DNA from: Adineta vaga
Lineage: Eukaryota > Animalia > Rotifera
Reading direction: 5' to 3'
Length of the DNA stretch: 64,000 nt
NCBI GenBank assembly: GCA_021613535.1
Contig: CP075497.1
Location: 13,330,001 to 13,394,000, forward strand
Positions 36,261 to 49,329 of the stretch are shown here, one piece after another. Every line of letters begins with the position of its first letter. Within the stretch, counting starts at the first letter, position 1. A model generated the notes under the pieces. The model was not told the origin of the DNA. It saw only the letters and a program-made list of their open reading frames with translations, and searched no databases. The position numbers and the translations under genes were made by a program.

Positions 36261-39200
36261 TCGAGAAAAATTACTGGTAACCAATTATATGAATGGAATG
36301 CTCCTATTGATACAATCAATAATTATGAGAAATATTTAATAACCAATGATCAATCACTATTTTATTATTATTATTGTAATTGCTCAAATAAGTATGAAAA
36401 ACAGTTGGATTAAGAAAAACAAAAGTAAATATTTTCCAATGAGATTTTAATAATGTCAAATCCAAAAGTTGAATTTAATTATTTCACTTCTTTCCATCCT
36501 CATTTTTATCTCGATTATCACATATTGATGTAGATCTCTGCTGAATATTTATATGATTTTAGTGAATTGCCTTGATTCTCATTGTCAATATTCATTTTAA
36601 CGTGATGATTCAGATAATTACTTTGACGAAGGAACAATCAATATCGATGTCGATCTGGAATGTGTATTCCCAAAACATATCTCATTGATTTTAGTTTTGA
36701 TTGTATGGATTTTAGTGACGAAAAAGACGCACGAAATTTACTCTCTATTCACTTAAATTGCGCTTCAAAACCATCGTTTTTGTGCGATAATCGTCTTCGT
36801 TCACCGAAGGTCTTCTCTTGTGGTGATGGAGAATGTGTCGATCGTACAAGACATTTTTGTAAAAATGGTCGAGATTTATTTCTTAGCGAAAATCTATTTC
36901 TATCATCATCTTTATTGAACAATGATTACAATGTAGATTGTTGGTCATTCTTATTATTATGCACTATAGGGAATCAAAATGGAGAATCTTAAAAGATTTT
37001 CATAATTATACGAAATTATGTGAACAATTTTTAAAAATAGATTATGAACATTTTCTAAAGTATTGTCTATCATTATTCGAATTTCAAACTGAAATGAATC
37101 ATTTCTATCCATTTGTTCGATTTATTTACTAATCGTCAAGATAATGACTCTTCTAATTGGAACTTTCCATCACATTTATGTTTCAATGAGAGTTTGTGTC
37201 CGAATTTTCCACCAATAAATGGATTAATAATCAATGGTTTACGATGTCTGAAAAGAATACAAGTCATGAATAGTATAAATGATCTTTATAACATAAAAAC
37301 ATTCTTTTCTGCTTGTCATCATCCAGAAAAAAATCATGAAACTTTGTATTATTGTGAACAATCAAGAAAATATATTTCTAAACATCGATTATGTGATGAT
37401 TATTGGGATATTGATAGTGGTGAAGATGAATTACTTTCTCCATGGTTATTTAATAAAAATAATTATGATTATATAGCATTTTATTGTAAAAATGAAAGAG
37501 AAATTTATCGATTTAACCGATGTAATGGTAAAATTCATTGTCAACCTGATGGTAAAGATGAATGGCTTTGCAATTTGGATAATTAAAAGAATAAACAAAT
37601 TCATCTAAATAATATTAATGAACTAACTAATATAATCATTTCAGATCTAATTTTACCTTTATTTTCACGATTAATAAGAAATATGATTCCATTAATTTAA
37701 AAATGATATTGTTACAAATAGATTGTTTAAGAAAGAATGTCTCTGTCCATCTAGTTATTATAGTTTTCGATGTGAATATCAATCAGAACATTTATTAGTT
37801 ACGTTACGAATTGATATTTTGTTTATGATGAACAATTATTTCATGTACATGTAATGAAATAAATCTTTTATCTTAATTATCTACGACCACCTCCTAAAAA
37901 ACATAGAAATCATTTTCATTTCTTCCTGTCAATCGATTGTCATTATATTTATTCTAAAGTGATTCGATGATTTGTAATACATTACATTGTATTCATGGTA
38001 TTTGCATGAAATATTTCAACTCATCATATCATTCTTATTGTCATTGTCAAACTAATTGACAAGGTTATCAATCTGATATTCCAATTGATTGTTCATGTGA
38101 AGGAAATAGAAAATGTCTTGATCGATCTAGATCGTTGTAATAAGGTAAAATGTTATCATATGGTGGAACATTTATTTCATTGGATGAACAACTTGATCTT
38201 CAATATATATATATATATATATGTTCAATGTCTACAGAGTTATTTTGGAATATTTTGTGAATATGAAGAAACACAAATGATTATTTATTTTCTTCAATTA
38301 AATGATAATTCACCTGGTATTTTATTCGTTGAAAATGATGTTATATATCAACAAATATTTTCTCAATTAAATCAAATGAATTATTATATTGTTGGAATAA
38401 TTAAACAACGAAGAAAGAAGAATTTAAAAACAATAATTGATGAATCTTATCGATATTCGAATGTTGATTTCAAATAAAACAATACGAAAATTTTCGTCAA
38501 TGAAAAAAGTGAAATTTTATCATAAAATTTGTTATTTAAACGAAAAAATCAATTATTTTCATGATGAAACATATTTATGTTTTTGTGATATATATCGTCA
38601 ATTAGATTGTATTGAAATTCAATTTAATAATACATGGGATTTTCGTTGTGTTTGTCAAGGATGTTCATATGGATTAATTTGTCATTTAACAATATTAGAT
38701 TATGTACTTTCTTTAGATTTAATGTTAGGACAAGATATTCTTCAAGGTTTATCAATTATTGATCAACTAATATTAATTAAAATTGTTTTAATTCTTCTTA
38801 TCTAATCTTTCTTTCATTTATTACATTAAAACAATCGAAAATTCAAGAATATGGTTGTGGTCTTTTATTTGTTTTGTCTTCCATTTCTTGGTCAATTCGG
38901 TTAATCAGCATTGATTGATCGATACATTTACCTTTTAGTAACACAAATTCATCATATTACTCATCGATCTCTTGTTTATTGGATTTGTATCATTTTAGAG
39001 TATTTTCTTACTGTATGTCCAATGTTATTCGATTGGTTAATAGCATATGTAGCTGTTGAACGATGTATTAATATTCGTCAAGGAGTTTCATTTCAAAAAA
39101 CAAAAAGTGTTTGACGGGCAAAACATATTATTTGTTTTCTAACTATGATAACATTCTATTGACTTCATAGCATGAAATATTTATTCATAAGTTAGTTGAT

Positions 39201-39550
39201 GATCCTCGAACAATAGCTTAACATATATGGTGTGTTGTAAGTTATAAATGGTTATAGATAAAATCTTATCGAATGATAATTAATTTATTAAGAATCTTTA
39301 GAAAACAAATTCCTCTTTATGGAAATAGTTCATTATCATTGATTATTCTTGGTATGATGAGATTGATTTTCTCATTTACATTGATTTGTATTGTTCATTA
39401 ATGGCAAAAATATATCTATCTTACGGCATATTTTATTTCATTTACACCATTGATATGTACTTTTTCTATTTTTATCTTACCAGCCAAACTTTATCGAGAT
39501 GAATTTAAGAAAATTTTTCATAAATTGACTAAAAAATTAACTTCAAATAG
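36261..39550 (+). pseudogene. LDLa/EGF-repeat GPCR pseudogene, 5'-truncated
   Basis: LYEWNAPIDTINNYEKYL, LDLa motifs (DCMDFSDE, CDD..D..SGEDE, CNGKIHC..GKDE), EGF remnants, TM region with WLIAYVAVERC; many stops/frameshifts. Confidence 0.8.
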
Positions 39551-39781
39551 ATTGTTTTAAATCAAATTTTTTTATTGTATTTTTGCAAGCGAAAAAAATG
39601 TTATTATAAACTTTTATGCTTACGTGTATATCTTAAATGTATGAGAGTGTTGCAGGAGGAAGAACACAGGATCAACTTGTTCTGAGTTTGCTTTGGACTA
39701 AATAAAATAAATCTTCTTTATTCTCTCGACTGAAAAAAGAATATAGTACTGAAACAAAATGGAACTTCGCTTGTATGTATT

Positions 39782-39830
39782 TTGAGGGTGATGGTGGATA
39801 GAAACACTGACTCGCACCCCTCCACACTCT
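39782..39830. repeat. Telomere-like inverted hairpin element (copy 14)
   Basis: TTGAGGGTGATGGTGGA...CTCGCACCCCTCCACACTCT. Confidence 0.7.
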
Positions 39831-39973
39831 TGTTTTTTTCTCTTTCTTATCACTTTACATCATTCGTTTCGTTCTGTCTTTTGCTCTTATCATTTCTATC
39901 GAGGCAGAAAAACGAAACGTAACCATTACAGCACGTATTGACGTGAAATAAATCTCACGTTTATAAATACAAA

Positions 39974-40480
39974 ATGGATACTCGTACAGCACTTTACACC
40001 GGTGGTTGTCAATGTGGTTCAATTCGCTATTCCATATTTGCACCTCCTGCGCAGCCTCTTGCAGTGTGTCACTGTCGTATGTGCCAGAAAACACTCGGCT
40101 GTCCTTCTGGTGTTTTTGTTGCTATTAACTTAACAGATTTTCAATGGAAACGTGGCTCCGCCACCTCATTTCAAAGTTCATCGCTTGCTCGACGCATCTT
40201 CTGTGCTCAATGTGGTACTCCTCTGGCATATCAATCAAAGGTGAGACCGTTTATCGATATATGTCTTGGTACTTTTGATCATCCAAAACAATTTGGTAAA
40301 CCAGAAGTGCAGATGGGAGTAGAAAGTTGTCTTGGAGAATGGGCTCTGGTACAAGATGTTCTTAGATTGACAACTGATCAATTAATTCCGGATACGGTTT
40401 TGAGTTATCAGCATCCAGATAAAGACACAGATGATGTGGAATGGCAGCAGATGTCAGAGAACAAATCAATAGAGAAATAA
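39974..40480 (+). CDS. GFA/CENP-V family Zn-binding protein, bacterial-like, intronless
   Basis: YTGGCQCGSIRY, CHCRMCQK, RIFCAQCGTPL, SYQHPDKD. Confidence 0.9.
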   Translation: MDTRTALYTGGCQCGSIRYSIFAPPAQPLAVCHCRMCQKTLGCPSGVFVAINLTDFQWKRGSATSFQSSSLARRIFCAQCGTPLAYQSKVRPFIDICLGTFDHPKQFGKPEVQMGVESCLGEWALVQDVLRLTTDQLIPDTVLSYQHPDKDTDDVEWQQMSENKSIEK

Positions 40481-40649
40481 ACCGAATAACGAAGTCTTTA
40501 ATTACTGAGAAAACTCCAGGTTATTTCGTTAAAAAACAAGACGTCATTCATTTCGTATTTTGAGTTTTCTTTTCTTTATGAATTTTATCCACAAAATAAC
40601 ATTAGACATCAATTTTTTCTAACGAGAGACAAATTGCCCAGTACCCATA

Positions 40650-40690
40650 TTGAGGGTGAGTTTAAGAGTCAGAAGAACACTCATGTCCTG
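40650..40690. repeat. Telomere-like inverted hairpin element (copy 15, degenerate C arm)
   Basis: TTGAGGGTGAG...ACACTCATGTCCTG. Confidence 0.45.
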
Positions 40691-40896
40691 ATGTAGAGCA
40701 AAATACAAAAAACAATGCCTCAATCGAAATATAAGTCCTCCGTAAACCAAATGAAAATTTTGTGCAATAATTAAATTGTATTTTAAACAATTTTCACCAA
40801 TGATTCATAATGTTCCGTTAAAAGTCTTCTAAGGACAACACTATGTGCATTAGAAGAGAACTGATAATAAAAATATGCATGGTAATATATAACAGA

Positions 40897-41357
40897 TGAA
40901 AAATTTATATTAGAACATTTCATTTTGATACAACTTTTTTGAATACACTAATGTTTCTATTGAAATTTTTTTTCTGTCTAATTTCACTTATAACTTCAAC
41001 TGAATCATAAACAAAGTGTCTGAATAATTTAATCATTACTTGTCATTGTGTAGATGATAAAAATTTAGTGACATGTATTGAAAATATTCCTAGTGACGAA
41101 ACGCTTATTGATTAGTCGAAATTTTCATCAAAATTTCCTTTACTTCCACAAATTGAATTGAATTTTATAAATGGAATTGATGAAATAGCAGAAAATATTT
41201 TTAGTTCGTTGAATTATTTTCCCGATACACTAATCCATAATAGATTTGAATCAGCGAGAAATTTTCAACTTGTTGATTACGCATTTGATCATACAGAAAT
41301 TTTTCAAATTAGTATTTTAAATTCTAAAGAAATTCATTCAAATATATTTACAAAGGA
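40897..41357 (+). pseudogene. 5' remnant of a secreted LRR-type gene, cut by an insertion
   Basis: Cys cap CHCVDDKNLVTC, then NFINGIDEIAENIF and LVDYAFDHTEI; ends at the GC-rich CAGGGGCGTA junction. Confidence 0.4.
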
Positions 41358-41670
41358 CAGGGGCGTATAAGGCCGTAAATCGGCCCGTCGCAAAATCAAC
41401 TTAGAAAATACATAAAACGATGCAGGATGAGACGGCAAATCTTTCCATAACAAATTCTAGTCATTCCGTAGACGAATAAAAGATTTCCGATAGACAATAC
41501 TACTTCGTATTTTCACTCAATTTATACTCTATGATGGGACTGTATTTTGGAGAAATCATAACAAAAATAATATCATATCACCTATCAAATAACTTCTTTA
41601 GAAAGAGCCAGCAATTTTGCACAAACTCGTGTATAAATCATCCTGAAAAAGTATATATAGGATGAACTTA

Positions 41671-42254
41671 TGATGGCTGAATAATGTCTATATGAATATT
41701 ACGAAATACGTATATCATAGAGATTTCTCTTTTAAAGTTCAGCAAAAGGGATTGATGATGGGGTTCATTACAGATGGATCGACAGAGCTGTTTGCGGGCT
41801 GCAAAGTGATGTGCCTCAAATGTCTCTAGAAATCTTACTGGATGTTGAGATAATATTTAAAAGTGTTCGTACACATTTTGTGTACCGGTAGGGCGATTCT
41901 GGTGTGTTTTCGATAGGATTACTTTAGTAAAATAATTTCCCCACACTTCCAAAAGATAAAAAACGTGCCAACTTCGATAGCGTGGAAAGTTCTACCCATA
42001 TGCATAGGTTAAACTTTGTCCTATGCTAGTTTTCGAAGCACTTTAGAATGATTGATAGTACAGAACAGTGGATATTCAGGATGTCGGGCAGATTTTTCAA
42101 GAGATAGAAATCATACCGTTTTGTTGGCCGTGAAAAGTTCTGTCGATCCATCTGTGAGGAACCCCATCATTAACTTCTTTTGTTGAACTTTAAAAGAGAA
42201 ATCTCTATGATATACGTATTTCGTAATATTCATATAGACATTATTCAGCCATCC
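41671..42254. mobile_element. MITE with about 120-bp TIRs
   Basis: GATGGCTGAATAATGTCTATATGAATATTACGAAATACGTATATCATAGAGATTTCTC... (41672-41790) is the reverse complement of 42134-42253; TA on both flanks. Confidence 0.85.
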
Positions 42255-42463
42255 TAGTTTCAAACTTTATTAATTGATTTCCATACTATGGTCACAGTAA
42301 TGTTCTTTTGCATCCATTTGAAATTGATAGTATAACTACATAAAATAGTTGAAAAAGAAATATTTTATTAACTCGAAGGTGTAGCTGGGTATGCTTGAGA
42401 CTCAAGAGAATATATTGTCACCCTCAAAGTAAGTAGGTCATTTAATCACAAAATTAAAATTGT

Positions 42464-42718
42464 TTGATCTGTTACATGTCATATTATGTAGCATATAATC
42501 GTCGGTTTGGTTCTTGGATTTCAAAAAAACATCCAAATGTATGGACTTTTATACAGCTGATGCAAAGTGAAAATGCTCGAATCGAACATCTGATAGTTCA
42601 ACTCAATCCTGATGTTGCTACATCGATAGAATCCACTCGAGAATCTCAAAACGAGATTACGCAATAATGCAATTAATGTAAAACAGTTACTACGTGGTAT
42701 TGGCATGTTGATTGGAGG
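42464..42718 (+). mobile_element. MULE transposase C-terminal fragment, interrupted by the hAT
   Basis: YNRRFGSWISKKHPNVWTFIQLMQSE matches the MULE C-terminal HPNxWxFI motif. Confidence 0.6.
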
Positions 42719-42726
42719 ACCTAAGA

Positions 42727-45700
42727 CAGAGCTGGGCAACTCAATTCAAAAAGGTGTTCAATTCAATTCAATTCATTGAACAAAAAAGTCAACTCAATTC
42801 AACTCAACTATATGATGTTTCAAAAAATTTCCAACTCAATTCAATTCAATTCAACGATTTCAAGAAAACGTTCCCAATTCAATTCGTCCAATAGAAGTTT
42901 TTTTTCGATTCAATCCAATTCAATTCATGTATATTGAAAAATTTTTCCCAACTCAATTCAACTCAATTCGTGTATATTGAAAAGTTTTCTCAATTCAATT
43001 CAATTCAATTCATTCATCGAATTGAATTCAAATCAACTCAACAGTCAACTCAATCATATTAAAAAAAAATTAGTAAGTTTTGTGCTGGTTTATTAATGTT
43101 CACTGAATCCATAAAAAAAGTTTATTGCTATTCACTGCATAAAATGATAATTGTTTTACAACAGAATGCAAGAGAATGTTCAATAACTGTCAATCAAGTA
43201 CTGCATATACATAAATAAATCAAATGTTAAATAAATAAAAAGTAAAAAAAAATTGAGAAGATAAAAAAATGTCCAATAGCACGTAGTTAATATTAATAAA
43301 GATCACGATTGCATTTGAGCATAGTCAATTGTTGTAATGTAGTTCGTGTCATTGAAGCACGATGTTGTCGAAATAAGAAACCGCTTTGGCTAAACACACG
43401 TTCGACTGGGGCCGATGTAGCAGGAATTGATAGAATCTTCATTGCTAATTTTGATAATGTTGGATAAGTTTTCGTAGATTTTATCAAAATCATAGGATCT
43501 GCACTGTCATCATTTAAATATTTCAATATCTCATCTTTAATATAACCGAATGGATCAGTTTTTGTTTTTTTTGTTTCAGGAACGATGTTTCCAAATAAGT
43601 ATTTTCGTTTTGGTGTAACAGGACTTGTTGCAGTACTAATAGATGAGGGTGAGGGTTGTGTTGTTGAAGCAACTGTTGATGTTGAATAATCATTATCCAA
43701 TGTTTGAGTTGGTGTTGGATCCCGATGAAATAAGATACATTGTTCGAATACAAGTTGTTGTATTTTGTTGGATAATTCTTCTCGCACTGGATCTAAAACA
43801 GGTGCACTTTCACTTGATATCCAACTTAAACGAAATCGACCATCCAAAAAAGGTGCAATCAAAAAGATTGGATCTTTAAAAAGATCATAAAATTTTTTGT
43901 TTTTTTTCTTCTCGGTAATGTCAATGGTCAATAACATTTCTTCCAACATACCACCAAAACGAGATAAAAGAGATTCTAGTAATGATTGACATAAATTTGA
44001 TGTATGTTTAAGATTTGTTCGTTCAGATAAAAGATCAATATAAATAGATAAAATCGAAGGAGCCACCATTGAAACAGAAGGAGTATTTTGTGCTTGTGTA
44101 GCAGTTGTTGCTTGAGCAAAAAGTGATAATAAATTAATAAATTCACTAAGTGATTGGTAATCTAATGCTTTCAAACATAATTCACGTCGTTGTGCTTGAA
44201 TTAAAATATCATTTAAATCAGATGCTTGAATACCAACTATACTATTGACCATATCATATTGAGAATTCCAACGAGTCTTATTAGCATTTGGAATACATAC
44301 ATGAATATGATCAAGACGTTCTGCAACTAATGTTGAAGAATGAGATAGTTTAGCTATCTTTGAAACTTTTTCCAGTGAAGCTTGAACACAATCCGAATTT
44401 TTCAAACCATCTTTGACCACCAGTTGAAGCGTGTGAGAATAACATGGTAAGCGAAACGATTCATTTTCTACAACAATTGAATCAACGAATTGTTTAATAA
44501 CATCTTCGACATCCGATGACATATGTTCAATATCATTTGTATTATCATCAGAATCGAATTGTTCTGAATCGATAAAATAATTTGAATACAATTCATAATC
44601 ATCATTTTGAAAATAAGATTCAAGACCAGGTATAACTAAACCATTAAATGCTGCAATATTATTTGATGAACTATCAGTAATTAATCGTACGAGCTTTTCT
44701 TGAATATTGAAATTACTAATGCATGCTTCATATGTATCCAATAATAAAGGTGCTCGATGATTACCAAAAATTGGTTGAAAAGACATAACATATGATTTAA
44801 ATTCTCCATTAACAATTGCATGTCCTAGAAAAGCAAACACATAAATCGATTAACTTTTTGAAAGCAATCTTCACACAGTATATTTTCTATACCTGTTAAA
44901 GCAAAAAATGCACGTTGTCTTCTGTCGCTCCATAAATCAAGAGTCAGTGACATAAATGTTGTCATTGAACAAAACGATTTTAAACCATCCAACATTTTTC
45001 CGTATAAATTAGGTAATATTGAGCGTGTTAATGTACGTCGACTAATTGGTAAAAATTTAGGATCCACGTGGAACATAAAATTGTTAAAACCTTGACGTTC
45101 AACAATTGATAATGGAAGACCAAGCTCAATTATTAGATCTTCAATGAGAGATTTCTGTAATTCAACTTGACGTGGATGAATAGTCGAATAAATTGAACAT
45201 GATGAAGATGAAGACTTCGACTTATGAACAGTTATTGTATCTGTAATTTTTCTTTGATTTGTTAAAATAATGGATTGTAATTGTTGTTGCCATGCTTCAT
45301 AATAAGCTGGATGAGCATCTTTGATATGTCGATTATAATTGGATGTAACACCTATGGTTCCATGTATTAAACTACTGCATATTTTACATGTTGCTTCCCA
45401 TGATTTCTTTTCATCTGAATTTTTAATTTCCGAGTAAAATTGATCACGTGCTGTTTTTTCAATAGGTTTCGTAAGGATGATTTCATCAATTGAACTTGCT
45501 GTATCATATTCAACATCAACAATAGGTGGTGATTGTAATGATGGTTCAGTTGTATCCGATGACATAATTCAACCGGTAAAATATATTGCTATTGCTTGTT
45601 GATAAAATAGATTAACGTGTTATTTATTCACTATTAAATCAGTATCAGTATTTATATAGCAAGACAAGCGAGATAAAACAAAAATACAATTATATCAAGT

Positions 45701-46791
45701 TTCTTCGAACAAAAGATGATTGCATTAGTGAAGATGATATCTTTCAATTTAGATATTATTACTATTACATCCCTCGATTTGATATATATGTGTATAGATG
45801 CACTCATTCGTTCTTTCCAGCTGATATGTGCACTTGTTTGCACTCAGTCATCTGATGCACTTAAGCTATTCTTTTAATAGCGATCGAGATATATCTTCTG
45901 CCGACGTGCTTTGTATGAAACTGTTAAATTATTTTCATAACAGTTCGTATTAAAAGATGAAAGATTGTCCATGTTTCAGAAACACTGTTTTTGTACTGTT
46001 ATCTGTTTCATATATAAACGTAAAAGTCATATGCATTCTTAATAAATATTGATTTTTTCTCATAATTCAGCTCTACAATTGATTATTATCTTACTAATAT
46101 AATACCAATTCATCAAATCAAAACAAATTTCAAAGAAAATGTTGCTGTGGTGTAGTCAATAAATTGATAACTAAAACTAAACATTGCATATATTACCTAC
46201 AGTAATCGATAAACTCGTCGTAGTACTGAAAAACTTATTAAGGAATCCTATGAACACACTAGACAGGTAAAATGAAAGGATTATTAGTAAAATCATGAGA
46301 TCACCACAGAAAAATAGATATTTAGATATATGAGTATGTATATATATGTATATACATATATATTCAATTCAATGCAAATTAAATCGGCCGTGTACATGAA
46401 AAAGAGAAGATTTACTGATATAACATGTTGCTAATTTTCAATTACATAATGAGCATTTTGAATTTTATCATATTAGTCAATTATAACAAAATTTTGCGAA
46501 ATTTTTTCTGAATTGAATTGAGTTCAATTCATTGAACATAGGAAAAAATTTCCAACTCAACTCAATTCAATTCAACAGTTTCAGGAAAATGTTCCCAATT
46601 CAATTCGTTCAATACAACTTATTTTTCGATTCAATTCAATTCAATTCATGTATATTGAAAAAATTTTCCCAACTCAATTCAACTCAATTCGTCAACTCCG
46701 AAAAAATCCTTCAACTCAATTCATTTCAACTCAAGAATTGAATTGAATTGAGTTGAGTTGGTCGTTTTTTGAATTGAGTTGCCCAGCTCTG
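42727..46791 (-). mobile_element. Full-length hAT transposon (Ac/ZBED-like), 4065 bp
   Basis: 26-bp TIR CAGAGCTGGGCAACTCAATTCAAAAA at both ends; perfect 8-bp TSD ACCTAAGA (42719-42726, 46792-46799); (AATTC/AACTC)n subterminal arrays. Confidence 0.97.
43293..45565 (-). CDS. hAT transposase with BED finger, apparently intact; 2 exons
   Basis: Intron 44825-44892 joins the ORFs in frame (FFALTG|HAIV); BED CKIC..NYNRHIKDAH, LTLDLWSD, ITDSSSN, CYSHTLQL, TRWNS, PATSAPVERVFS. Confidence 0.92.
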
Positions 46792-49329
46792 ACCTAAGAA
46801 CTGATAATGAGACTTTTCATTTTTTTTTATTGTCTTAATTATTTGAACCAATAAAATTATTCATATTATCGTATTAAAATTAAAAACTTCATTTTCGATA
46901 TTTTGTCTATCTACATTATCCTACGGATTATCTATTCTATTCGACATCTGCCTTTATATTGTATACTTTTTCCTTTTCGACATTTAACAGCAAACACATT
47001 TTAATGACATAAAGCTATCTTTTCTATTTGAGTTTGAAGCGCACAAATAAAGATCAATAGTGAGACATTAATGATGCACGATATGTTACAGTAGTTCCGT
47101 GCGAACAAAGGAAAATGTTGACAAACGCAACTTGTATTCTACTTATGGCAATATTCTGAAAAAACAAGGTTTTTAATATGATATTCATTGAACTGTTTCT
47201 ATGTAGAATAGGATTCATTTTTTCAAAAGACCTTTTTATTTGTATTGTTTTTCTTTTAAAAATGAACGACATCATGAAACGTATACAAATCAGGCAGAGA
47301 AGTAAAAATGAGAGAAAAACAGGCAAGTATATAAAATCGATGCGATTTCATTTCTCTTCATTCAATCGAGCAGGTAAATAAAAAGTTGTTTCTAGGACAC
47401 TTTTACTTGTTCTGTTTCCTGGTGTTACCATTCAACGACGTTACGAAAAGGATCATCCTATTTTCGAAATCATGTTCATTGCTAGTTTGCGTTTTTGGTT
47501 GAGTATATTGCTTCTCACCGATCGAAGTTCAGGTAAGCCGTAAATGATTTTAGGGAGATAGGAGTGTATCTTCAAAATCTTCATAAACGGTCTAGCAAAA
47601 ACAAAAAGAAATTTCTCAAGATTGAGGGCGTTGCGGCGCTAACACCCTACTATCGGGATCTATACTCGTGAGTATCTCCTAAATCGTTGGGCGAACATTC
47701 CGTTGCAAGAGCATATGAAAGGGTTGCAAATATACTTTTATAAACTCGTACAAAAGTATATGAAAATTCAATGTGAAAGAAAAATGAGTTTGTTATTCTA
47801 CATTTATATTTTGCAGTGAATTAAAAAAAAATTTTGTTTCGAATAGCTCAATCTATTGCTATATTTACTAATCAAACGACCTATCCAGCTGGCAATTCGC
47901 CGTATTCTGTTACCACCAATGATTTAAATGGTGATAATAAACCTGATATTATTGTAGCAAACCATGGTTCAAACGACGTCAGCGTTCTTCTGAATATCGG
48001 AAACGGTACATTCAGTCCTCAAACGACCTATTCAACTTGATTCTAACCCAACATCTGTTACTGTAGGCGATACCAACGCTGACAATAACCCAGATATTAT
48101 TGTTGCAAACAACGGTTCAAACAACTTCAGTATACTTCTGAATATTGGAAACGGCACATTCAGACCTCAAACGACCGATTCAACTGATTCTAATCCAATT
48201 TCTGTTACTGTAAGTGACACTGACGGTGATAACAAACCAGATATTATCGTAGCAAACTACGGTTCAAACAATATTGGTATTTTCCTCAATATCGGTAATG
48301 GTATATTCAGTCCTCAAATGCGTTATTCAACTGATTCTGGTCCAATTTCGGTTACCACTAATGATTTAAATGGTGATAATAAGCTCGACATTATCGTGGC
48401 GAATAAGGGTTCTAACAGCATCGGTGTTTTTCTATCACTTGGACAGACAGGTAATTTTGCATCGATAGAATTTCGTACGATATTCCAATTGATTTGAAGC
48501 TATAGACCAGATTTATATTCATCTTCTAGCTATTCTGTATTAAGACCGATTGGGTTTGAGATAGTACTTATGTGATCACGGGGTACCAAGTTTTATTTGC
48601 ACTGCAAATGTAAACTTAAAGGATTCAAATTGATATACTCTTTACTTCATAGTAGAATAATTAAAAATACTACCAGCCAAAGAAACTAACTACTAATTAC
48701 ATCTCAAAATATGCATGAATTTTGACTTCATCACCCTTCTCAGCACTACGCTTGATTCATATGTTTTAACGTTTGAAATATAAGATAACACTCTGCACTA
48801 TAACGACGTTAGCTCTTGCAGCTGGGCGATGAGAAAATATATTAAGAAATCGTCACCTGATCTATATCACTCACTCATCCTTGATTCATCTACTGGGATC
48901 AATTAATCGAATAAAACATATGTTTGGATTTAGGGCTCAAGAAAAGTGACATAATTTCATGTCTTCGGGAAGAAACTTCCCTTTTTTATACAGTATAGAA
49001 CATAATTCTCCAGAGCACTTTTACGATCAGAATAGAAATATTATTGCAACGCAATACATCCAAGACTTGGATTCCAAGTCTCTGGGATGTAATTTATTAC
49101 TTAATGAAAAACCAATAATATACTATTAATTTGCTATAGAAATCATGTTCAACTGTATGCCGCCAGTTATTCAGATAAGAAAATAGCATAAATAACGTAC
49201 ATTTCTTCAGAATTCCAATAGTTATGGATTTAGGTTTATGAATATTCTGTTCCAATTCTGAAAGAGATAATCTTTGTCATTTTAGCTTCACGTGTTGATT
49301 TTTAACTGATTGTATTTTTTCACTTTTTA

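Noticed and set aside
42712-42894. NSIQF-repeat ORFs here and at 46532..46741
   Set aside because: Translations of the hAT subterminal pentamer arrays
43643-43660. TGAGGGTGAGGG as a hairpin-family member
   Set aside because: Lies within the transposase CDS (encodes QPSPS on the minus strand) and has no partner arm
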